A stretch of DNA of 62,767 bases from Synergistaceae bacterium. GTDB taxonomy: Bacteria > Synergistota > Synergistia > Synergistales > 79-D21. The DNA is taken from NCBI GenBank assembly GCA_029267465.1, contig JAJUIT010000002.1, forward strand, positions 1 to 62,767, given 5' to 3'. Position numbers and translations under genes: made by a program. This document shows positions 1 through 7,317 of this stretch, piece after piece. Within the stretch, counting starts at the first letter, position 1; every line of letters begins with the position of its first letter. Under the pieces are notes generated by a model. That model saw only the letters and a program-made list of their open reading frames with translations, had not been told where the DNA came from and made no database searches.

Positions 1-288
1 ATTCTCCCGTTTTCCGTCAATCAGAGGCTTTTTCCAGTCATCGTCAAAGAAACGGTCCGCATAGCCGAACCCGTCGATTCTCCAATGATAGAATTCATTT
101 GTGTACGGCGTCACCTTGTAGGGGACCATCTTCTCGAAACTCGAAAGCGGCTTTCCCCATTCAATTCCCCGGAAACCGCCAGGGTCGTTTCTCAAATCAG
201 CCGTTTTCAGCGAGGCCGCTGCCGGGCTGAAACTGAAACAGATCCCCAGAACCAGTCCAATCACCGCAACCAGGGTTTTCTTCTTCAC
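1..288 (-). CDS. Partial CDS (C-terminus lies beyond the window edge): hypothetical exported protein with a signal-peptide-like N-terminus
   Basis: My own reverse-strand translation from GTG at 288, with GAGGGA about 5 nt upstream: VKKKTLVAVIGLVLGICFSFSPAAASLKTADLRNDPGGFRGIEWGK... The frame stays open to nt 1. It is absent from the ORF track because no stop falls in the window. Confidence 0.45.
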   Translation of the reverse strand, partial: MKKKTLVAVIGLVLGICFSFSPAAASLKTADLRNDPGGFRGIEWGKPLSSFEKMVPYKVTPYTNEFYHWRIDGFGYADRFFDDDWKKPLIDGKREN

Positions 289-309
289 TTCGATCCCTCT
301 CCCGTCATC

Positions 310-1890
310 CTAGGCATTCGAGAACAACCTCCGCCCTTCCCCCTGTCCGTGGGCAAGAAGATAACAGATCGTCAGCATCAAAACATCCATCGGCTTATCA
401 AAATCCAGCCCGATGAGGGCCTGGATCTCGGAAATGTAGTTTCGAATCGTGTTGTAATGCACATGAAGGTCCATGGCAGACTTTTTTGCATTGAAGCCGT
501 TCTTCACCAGGGTCTCGATCACCTGGACAGGCTTCAGGGTCCGGTTTTCTTCCGGCAGCTCCAGGAGCGGCCGCCAGTAGCGTTCGACCAGGACCTGCCC
601 TTCCCCCGACTTGGCAATTTTCCGGAAAAGGGAAAACAACACGGCTTCCTCGTGGGGGTAGGCACCCGGCGGCAGAAAGGTCTTTTGTAGAATCGCGATG
701 GACTTCTTGCAGTCCAGGTAGGAATCCTGAAGTTCGATCAGGTGCTCGGCCTTTCTTCCGACAACCCCCCAGAGCTTCGCCTTCTGGCAGAACCCGGAAA
801 TTCTCTCGAAGTGCGCTTCCCTTTCCGACCATGGGGTGATGGAAACCCTCAAGTGCCCGATGTGAAACACGAACGATTCTTCCTCCCCCTTTTCCAGGGA
901 ATCCCTTGAATCCGCCAGTTGAAGGATCGTGACAAAGCAGGGTTCGGGAACTTTCAGGCCAAGGGCCGAGGCCCGCTGCAAGGCGACTTTCTGGTCCGAA
1001 AAACCGCCCAGGCACAGCTTTTCCAGGAAGGCCGCCTGAGAGCCCGCGGAAACCTGGTTTCCCAGGATTTTTTCCAGGGCAAAGGATCGAATCAGGTTCA
1101 ACACAACCATGGCAAGGCGCTCTTGCCTCAAGGAAGGGACCTTTTCCTCGGGCTTCAGGATCAGGTGAACCTCCGTTCTCGCCTGCCCGGTTGAGCGGTA
1201 CACGGCGCTCACCGTTTCGGGAGGGATGTTTCTCGTCGTTCTCGTCACCTGAATGGTACCGTGAGCGGGCAACTGGTCTTCCGCCAGGACCTCTCCCTCG
1301 AAATAGGCGTTCGCCTCCTCGAGAGAGAGCGCCGTTCCTTCTTCAGACACAAAAAGCTGAAGGTCCAGCGAAGGACAATAGATGTAAACGGAATGCTTCA
1401 ATTCCCGGGCAAGAGCGCAAGCGAGTTCGGTCGGCTCGAGGAAATCTTCCAGGAAGCGGATTTCTGTCCCTTTGTCCGGGCTCGGGCCTTGCGGGGCATT
1501 GAGGTGCCTCTGGACCACTTCGATGATATCGGCCCAACGGTAGGAAAACGGGATCAGAATGAGGGGAAGTTCGATCTCGTCAGCAACATCGATGATTCGC
1601 TTCGGAAGCTCCGACAGGAACCTGTCGAGCTTGATCCCCAGGGCGGACGCTCCATGTTCCCGGATCCTTCGGACGAAATGCTCCAGTTCCTCCGGGTGAT
1701 CCTTGAAAATATAGGCGTTCCCGATGAGGAATTCCCCTCCCCTGAGCCACTTGTGAATATCCGGGGAATCAAAAACCGTGATGGTGGTGATCGGGTTCAG
1801 GACCCCTCCGCTTCCCGCAAGAAGACGGAAGTCCGGGAAAAGGTTCATTTTGTAGAGATCAATCACCTGCATCCGCTTCCCTCGCTTCAT
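310..1890 (-). CDS. PucR-family transcriptional regulator (PucR C-terminal HTH)
   Basis: 526-aa ORF. The N-terminal 'LLAGSGG...ITVFDSPDIHKWLRGGEFLIGNAY' and C-terminal 'SAMDLHVHYNTIRNYISEIQALIG' HTH are typical of PucR/CdaR-like regulators. Its ATG overlaps the upstream stop (ATGA). Confidence 0.8.
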   Translation of the reverse strand: MKRGKRMQVIDLYKMNLFPDFRLLAGSGGVLNPITTITVFDSPDIHKWLRGGEFLIGNAYIFKDHPEELEHFVRRIREHGASALGIKLDRFLSELPKRIIDVADEIELPLILIPFSYRWADIIEVVQRHLNAPQGPSPDKGTEIRFLEDFLEPTELACALARELKHSVYIYCPSLDLQLFVSEEGTALSLEEANAYFEGEVLAEDQLPAHGTIQVTRTTRNIPPETVSAVYRSTGQARTEVHLILKPEEKVPSLRQERLAMVVLNLIRSFALEKILGNQVSAGSQAAFLEKLCLGGFSDQKVALQRASALGLKVPEPCFVTILQLADSRDSLEKGEEESFVFHIGHLRVSITPWSEREAHFERISGFCQKAKLWGVVGRKAEHLIELQDSYLDCKKSIAILQKTFLPPGAYPHEEAVLFSLFRKIAKSGEGQVLVERYWRPLLELPEENRTLKPVQVIETLVKNGFNAKKSAMDLHVHYNTIRNYISEIQALIGLDFDKPMDVLMLTICYLLAHGQGEGRRLFSNA

Positions 1891-3008
1891 GCCAGAAGTG
1901 CCAGGAGAAGCCCCCCGGCCAGGACGGACCCGATCTGTCCCGAGACGTTGGCGCTGACCGCGTGCATCAGCAGGAAATTCTGGGGATCCTCCTTCTGCCC
2001 AAGCTTCTGGATCACCCTCGCAGACATGGGAAAGGCGGAGATTCCTGCCGCTCCGACCATGGGGTTGACCTTGTCCTTCCGGAAGAGATTCAGCAGCTTG
2101 GCCGAGAGCACCCCCACCGCCGTATCCAGGACGAAGGCCACAAGCCCCATGGCAATGATGACCAGGGTTGTGGGCTGAAGGAAACGCTCGGCCGCCAGGG
2201 TGGTCGAAATGGCAAGTCCCAGGAGAAGAGTGACGATGTTGGCCAGCTCGTTCTGGGCTCCCTTTGAAAGCCGGTCCACGACGCCGCTTTCGCGGATGAG
2301 GTTGCCGAACATCAGAAAACCGATGAGGGCCACCGAGGCCGGGGCGAAAAAGCCGGAGATCGCGGTAACCGCGATGGGAAAGCCGATCTTTAGCGCCCTG
2401 GAGACTTCCCGCTCCCTGTAGGCCATGGAGATCCGGCGCTCGGCCTTCGTCGTGAGAGCCCGGATCACGGGCGGCTGGATCAGCGGGACCAGCGCCATGT
2501 AGGAATAGGCCGCCACGGAGATCGGGCCCAGGAGGTGCGGCGCGAACTTCGACGCGACGTAGATGGACGTGGGGCCGTCCGCCGCGCCGATGATTCCGAT
2601 GGAAGCCGCCTCGCGGACGTCAAAACCGAGAACGAGGGCCAGTCCCATCGTCAGGAAGATCCCGGCCTGGGCCGTCAGGCCGAAGAGGAACATGAGGGGG
2701 TTCAGGAAAAGCGGCGTGAAGTCGATCATGGCTCCCACTGCCAAAAAGATCAGCAGCGGGAAAAGTTCAGTGGCGATCCCCATGTTGAAGAGGAGGCTCA
2801 GGACCCCTTCCTGCAGCTTGCCGTCGAACATGTGGTTGACAGCGGCGGAAAGCGGGATGTTCACCAGGATGGCGCCGAATCCCATGGGCAACAGCAGGGC
2901 GGGTTCATATTCCTTCGCGATGGCGAGGTAGATCAGTAGTCCCCCGATTCCAAGCATGACCGCCTGCTTCACGGTCAGGGCGGCAAAACCCGCCAGAAAA
3001 GCATCCAT
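1887..3008 (-). CDS. Sodium-ion-translocating decarboxylase beta subunit (OadB/GcdB/MmdB family)
   Basis: Polytopic membrane ORF matching this family by eye: 'MDAFLAGFAALTVKQAVMLGIGGLLIYLAIAKEYEPALLLPMGFGAILVNIP'. I trimmed the start to ATG 3008; the ORF-track N-terminus is an unlikely extension. Confidence 0.8.
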   Translation of the reverse strand: MDAFLAGFAALTVKQAVMLGIGGLLIYLAIAKEYEPALLLPMGFGAILVNIPLSAAVNHMFDGKLQEGVLSLLFNMGIATELFPLLIFLAVGAMIDFTPLFLNPLMFLFGLTAQAGIFLTMGLALVLGFDVREAASIGIIGAADGPTSIYVASKFAPHLLGPISVAAYSYMALVPLIQPPVIRALTTKAERRISMAYREREVSRALKIGFPIAVTAISGFFAPASVALIGFLMFGNLIRESGVVDRLSKGAQNELANIVTLLLGLAISTTLAAERFLQPTTLVIIAMGLVAFVLDTAVGVLSAKLLNLFRKDKVNPMVGAAGISAFPMSARVIQKLGQKEDPQNFLLMHAVSANVSGQIGSVLAGGLLLALLA

Positions 3009-3127
3009 TCGTTGTCCCCCCTGGTCGTTCTCCCGGGTTGATTCGGCTCTCCCCGGATTCGAAATTGGCACACTCAGTAATTATCCCACACAAAGCCCCA
3101 CAAGGGGGAGGGGCGTCCCCTTCGGCC

Positions 3128-3157
3128 TTGACACCTTTTCCGAAGTCCCCCTAGAAT
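3128..3157 (+). promoter_or_regulatory. Candidate sigma70 promoter: TTGACA, 18-nt spacer, TAGAAT
   Basis: TTGACA at 3128-3133 and TAGAAT at 3152-3157, about 240 nt upstream of the yedE start. This implies a long leader. Confidence 0.45.
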
Positions 3158-3400
3158 TGAAGGCAATTCTTGATTCGCCTCGAGGGGAGGGCATCGCATG
3201 ATCCGCAAGGACGCCTGCCGGTGAAGCCGGATCGGTGGTGCGCGCGGCGCGCGCACGTCGGTGCGGTGTTCCGACGCTCCCCTCCGCTTTCTTCCCTGAA
3301 GATCCCCGCACCCCATCCGGCCTGAACGCTCAACCGCCAGCGGTCTGTTGCGGCATGCTCCCTGTTCTCGCGGCACACCATTCCAGGGAGGTGCTTCGCC

Positions 3401-4501
3401 TTGATCAACCGTTTCCTGATGTCCCGCTTCGGCCCTTCGCTGACCGGAGCGGTCGTGGGGGTTCTCGCCCCCGTCCTCGTTTTTCTGGGCAACCCCGGGA
3501 ACATGGGGGTTTGTGTCGCCTGCTTCGGCAGGGACATCGCCGGCGCACTCGGAATGCATCGGGCAGCCGTCGTCCAGTACCTGAGGCCGGAGATTGCGGG
3601 CTTCATTCTCGGCAGCTTCGTTTCGGCGCTGATTTACCGGGAGTATAAACCCCGGGCTGGATCGGCCCCGATCATCCGTTTCTTCCTGGGCGTGTTCGCC
3701 ATGGTCGGAGCCCTGATCTTCCTGGGCTGCCCGTGGAGGGCCTACTTGCGCCTTTCAGGCGGTGATCTGAACGCTCTCTGGGGAATCGCAGGCCTTGCTG
3801 CGGGAGTCGGCATTGGTATCGCCTTTCTCTGGAACGGCTTCAACCTGGGCCGCAGCGCCCCCACCGCGAAGGCTTCCGGGCTCGTCATGCCCGCCTTCTC
3901 CGTCCTCCTCCTCGTGCTGCTTCTTTTGGCCCCCCAATTCGGGCGGGACGCGGCGGGCCTTCCCACCGGCCCCATCTTCTTCTCGAAGGAAGGCCCCGGC
4001 TCCATGCACGCCCCTGCTTTCATTGCCCTCGGAGCAGGCCTTTTGATCGGGTGGATGGCCCAGCGAAGCCGCTTCTGCACGGTGGGAGCCCTCCGGGATC
4101 TTTTCATGCTGAAGGACCCGCACCTGTTCTACGGGATCCTGGCCCTCCTCGTCGCCGCCATCGGGACCAACGTCGCGCTCGGCCAGTTCAAGCTCGGTTT
4201 CGCGGGCCAGCCCGTGGCCCACACGAACGCCCTCTGGAACTTCCTAGGAATGCTTCTCTCGGGATTGGCCTTCACCCTGGCCGGTGGATGCCCTGGGCGC
4301 CAGCTCATCATGAGCGGCGAGGGAGACAACGACGCGGCGCTTTTCGTGCTGGGGCTGATCGTCGGGGCCGCCGTGGCGCACAATTTCAGCTTCGCCAGCA
4401 GCGCCAAGGGACCTGGTCCCTACGCTGCGGTCGCCTTTGCGGTCGGCATGGTCTTTTGCCTGGCCGTCGGCTTTTTGAACCGCGGACGCGTGTCCGCCTA
4501 G
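3401..4501 (+). CDS. yedE: YedE/FdhT-family selenium/sulfur-compound transport membrane protein
   Basis: 366-aa multi-TM ORF with paired Cys motifs 'FLGCPWR' and 'LAGGCPGRQL'. TTG start with AGGGAGG upstream. Followed by yedF-like and selD genes. Confidence 0.8.
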   Translation: MINRFLMSRFGPSLTGAVVGVLAPVLVFLGNPGNMGVCVACFGRDIAGALGMHRAAVVQYLRPEIAGFILGSFVSALIYREYKPRAGSAPIIRFFLGVFAMVGALIFLGCPWRAYLRLSGGDLNALWGIAGLAAGVGIGIAFLWNGFNLGRSAPTAKASGLVMPAFSVLLLVLLLLAPQFGRDAAGLPTGPIFFSKEGPGSMHAPAFIALGAGLLIGWMAQRSRFCTVGALRDLFMLKDPHLFYGILALLVAAIGTNVALGQFKLGFAGQPVAHTNALWNFLGMLLSGLAFTLAGGCPGRQLIMSGEGDNDAALFVLGLIVGAAVAHNFSFASSAKGPGPYAAVAFAVGMVFCLAVGFLNRGRVSA

Positions 4502-4515
4502 GGAGGGATTCGGTC

Positions 4516-4737
4516 ATGACTGATAAGATACTCGTGGACGCGCGGGGACTTTCCTGCCCGCAGCCCGTCCTGGAAACGAAAGCCGCCCTGGAATCCGCAA
4601 GGGGAAACACCGTCGAAGTCCTGGTCGACACCGTCACTTCAAGGGAAAACGTCCTCCGGCTGGCTTCCCGGATGAACTGGAAGGGGACCTGGGAGGAAAC
4701 ACAGGAAGGAACATTCCGCATCACCCTGGAAAAATAG
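4516..4737 (+). CDS. yedF: TusA/SirA-like sulfurtransferase-fold protein (YedF-like)
   Basis: 73 aa starting 'MTDKILVDARGLSCPQPVLETK' (CPxP motif). GGGAGGGA lies upstream of ATG 4516. It is the in-frame 3' part of track ORF 4051-4737. Confidence 0.75.
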   Translation: MTDKILVDARGLSCPQPVLETKAALESARGNTVEVLVDTVTSRENVLRLASRMNWKGTWEETQEGTFRITLEK

Positions 4738-4783
4738 GCTCCACAATGGGAATTCGGACCCCCCAAAAAGGAGGCGATCCTCC

Positions 4784-5818
4784 GTGAGAAGGCTGACGGA
4801 GATGGCGCGGACCAGCGGCTGAGCGGCCAAGATCGGTCCGGCGGACCTGGAAAAACTGTTAAAATCCCTGAAACCCGATACCGGGGGACGCCTGCTGACC
4901 GGTTGGGACCACGGGGAGGATGCCGCGCTGTGGGCCATCGACGAAAACCGGGTCGGGATCCTGACGCTGGATTTCATCACCCCCATCGTGGACGACCCTG
5001 AACTTTGGGGGCAAATCGCCGCGGCCAACGCCCTGAGCGACGTTTTCGCCATGGGGGGAAAGCCTTTTGTCGCTCTCAACATCGTGGGTTTCCCGGTCCA
5101 CTGCGAACCCCTCGAACTGCTCGAAGCCGTACTAAAAGGCGGGCAGTCGAAGGTCATCGAAGCGGGAGCCGTCCTGGCCGGCGGCCACAGCGTGGAAGAC
5201 GAGGAACCCAAGTACGGACTGGCGGTATTCGGCGAAGCTGAAAAGGCAAAAATCTGGCGCGTGTCAGGGGCTCGCCCCGGGGACGTCCTGATCCTCACAA
5301 AGCCCCTGGGAACCGGGCTCTGCACCACGGCAATCAAGGCCGGCATGGCGGACCTGCTGGACACGAAACCCGTGTTCGATTCCATGGCCCGGCTGAATGA
5401 CCTGCCGCGCCACCTGGACAGGGAACTTCACCAATCGATCCATGCCTGCACGGACGTAACAGGCTTCGGACTTGCGGGACACCTCCTTGACATGCTTTCC
5501 GGGTACAGGGTCGACTGCCGGCTCGATCCCGAGGCACTGCCGGCCTTCAAGGGCGTCCTGGACGTGGCCGACCTGGGATTGATTCCAGCCGGGGCCTACC
5601 GAAACCGCGAACTCTATTCCTCCCGGATTGACAATCTGGAGAAGGCCCCCCTGAGCCTCCAGGACCTGCTCTTCGATCCCCAGACCTCGGGAGGGCTGCT
5701 GCTGGCCGTGGACCCCGAAGCGGCACAGGCCTTCTTGGAGCTCTGCCAAAGCGGGTGCGCGCCGGAAAGCCGGGCGATCGGACGTTTCCTGGATGGAACC
5801 GGGAGAATCCGTTTCTGA
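4784..5818 (+). CDS. selD: Selenide, water dikinase (selenophosphate synthetase), selenocysteine-containing: in-frame TGA at 4820-4822
   Basis: The track ORF (4988-5818) has SelD/AIR-synthase-like motifs. Extending upstream in frame gives V-RRLTEMARTSG-U-AAKIGPADLEKLL, matching the SelD N-terminal G(C/U)xxK motif. AAAAAGGAGG sits 9 nt before GTG 4784. Confidence 0.85.
4827..4850 (+). promoter_or_regulatory. Candidate bacterial SECIS hairpin downstream of the selD UGA
   Basis: CCA[agauc]GGUCC-ggc-GGACC-UGG. The apical stem starts 12 nt after the UGA. Confidence 0.4.
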
Positions 5819-5843
5819 AGCTGGCCTTTCGAAAGGAGGAACC

Positions 5844-7022
5844 ATGGAACAGGAACGCTCTCTTTACCTGAACAACGCGGCCACGTCGTGGCCGAAACCG
5901 CGATGCGTTGCCGAAGCGATGTCGGCCTTCCTGGAAGCGAGGGGAGCCAACCTCGCCAGGGGATCGGCATCTACGCGCGACCTCGACACCCTCGACATGG
6001 TCACGACCTGCCGCTTGAAAATCGCCGCCTTCTTCGGGGGACCGTCAACGGATCCCCGAAATGTGACCTTTACGGCCAACGTGACCGAGGCTCTGAACAT
6101 CGTCCTGAAGGGCTTCCTGAAACCAGGCATGCGGGCCGCCACGTCCTCTATGGAGCACAACGCCGTCATGCGGCCGCTACGCCGCCTGGAAAGCGAGGGA
6201 GTCTCGGTCACCGTGATGCCCTGCACGAAGGAAGGAGTCCTAGAACCCCATACGCTTGAAAGGGAACTTGGGAAGGGGCTCGACCTGGTCGTATTCACCC
6301 ACGCGAGCAACGTCTGTGGAACCGTGCAGGACCTGGACCTTCTTGCCCCGCTCTGCAATTCGGCCGGTGTCCCGCTGGTCCTGGACACGGCCCAGACGGC
6401 AGGGGTTCTGCCCATCGACGCCGCCCGCTGGAACCTGGCCGCCTGCTGCTTCACGGGACACAAGGGCCTGATGGGCCCCCAGGGGACGGGCGGAATCCTG
6501 TGGAGGGAAGATTTTGCAGCGGCGTGCCGTCCCCTGATCGAAGGGGGAACCGGCAGCTTTTCCCACGAGGAGGTTCAGCCTTCGGTCCTTCCAGACAAAT
6601 TTGAGGCCGGAACGCCGAACCTGCCCGGGCTCGCCGGTCTTTTGGCCTCGCTGAACTGGCTGGAGGAAAAGGAAGTGGAAACCATCCGCCGGAGGGAGGA
6701 AGAACTGGGCATTAGACTGCTCGAAGGGCTTTTACAAATACCCGGGATCAGACTCTATGGGAAACGGACGATGAGGGGCCGTCTTCCCGTCTTCGCCGTC
6801 AACTTCGAAAACCTGGACAACGGCCGTGCCGCCCTGGAACTGGCCGACCGCTGGGGTATCGAGACCCGCCCCGGCCTGCACTGCGCACCGGCCGCCCATA
6901 AGACCCTTGGATCGTTTCCCCAGGGGGCCCTCCGAATCGCCCCCGGTTTCTTCAACACCGAGGAGGAAATCGATCTCTGCCTGGAAGCCCTGCGGGTCCT
7001 CAGCCGTGAACATCATCCCTGA
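5844..7022 (+). CDS. Class-V aminotransferase: cysteine desulfurase / selenocysteine lyase-like protein
   Basis: 'LYLNNAATSWPKP', 'FTHASNVCG' and the PLP-Lys region 'FTGHKGLMGPQGTGG'. GGAGGA lies upstream of ATG 5844. Sits immediately after selD. Confidence 0.8.
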   Translation: MEQERSLYLNNAATSWPKPRCVAEAMSAFLEARGANLARGSASTRDLDTLDMVTTCRLKIAAFFGGPSTDPRNVTFTANVTEALNIVLKGFLKPGMRAATSSMEHNAVMRPLRRLESEGVSVTVMPCTKEGVLEPHTLERELGKGLDLVVFTHASNVCGTVQDLDLLAPLCNSAGVPLVLDTAQTAGVLPIDAARWNLAACCFTGHKGLMGPQGTGGILWREDFAAACRPLIEGGTGSFSHEEVQPSVLPDKFEAGTPNLPGLAGLLASLNWLEEKEVETIRRREEELGIRLLEGLLQIPGIRLYGKRTMRGRLPVFAVNFENLDNGRAALELADRWGIETRPGLHCAPAAHKTLGSFPQGALRIAPGFFNTEEEIDLCLEALRVLSREHHP

Positions 7023-7139
7023 GCTTCGAGAACCCCGGCACCCGGACGGCGGTCCGCGACGCGGATCGAGAGGCGCCCGACTTCAAGACCCGAAATCCTG
7101 ACATCTCTGCTTCAGTTTTGTTTCAAGTACTAAACAGCC

Positions 7140-7168
7140 TTGTCTTTACCTGGAAGAACGTCTAAAAT
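7140..7168 (+). promoter_or_regulatory. Candidate sigma70 promoter: TTGTCT, 17-nt spacer, TAAAAT
   Basis: Hexamers at 7140-7145 and 7163-7168, in a locally AT-richer stretch between the desulfurase gene and the TnpB-like gene. Confidence 0.4.
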
Positions 7169-7266
7169 AACAGGTGAAAAGGGGCTCGGGGGGATGACAG
7201 GATGCCGGGAAAGAACGGCAGGATAGCTCCGGAAAACCCGAAAAGGCGAACAGAGTCCGCTCTCGA

Positions 7267-7299
7267 GGCGGCAGGGGATTTTTCTCCCTGCCGCCTTTT
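7267..7299 (+). terminator. Intrinsic terminator / attenuator hairpin
   Basis: Perfect 10-bp stem GGCGGCAGGG (7267-7276) / CCCTGCCGCC (7286-7295), 9-nt loop, then TTTT-G-TGTT. There is no T-tract on the opposite strand. Confidence 0.6.
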
Positions 7300-7317
7300 G
7301 TGTTCTACGGGGAGGTG

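Noticed and set aside
85-690. 201-aa plus-strand ORF at the window start
   Set aside because: It is antisense to the partial exported-protein gene and to the PucR regulator. It has no motifs and no ribosome-binding site.
7267-7295. Shared GGCAGGGG...CCCCTGCC core between this hairpin and the one at 54258-54293: a repeated (REP/MITE-like) element?
   Set aside because: There are only two copies, with different lengths, loops and flanks. Both sit at gene ends, where GC-rich terminator stems are expected.
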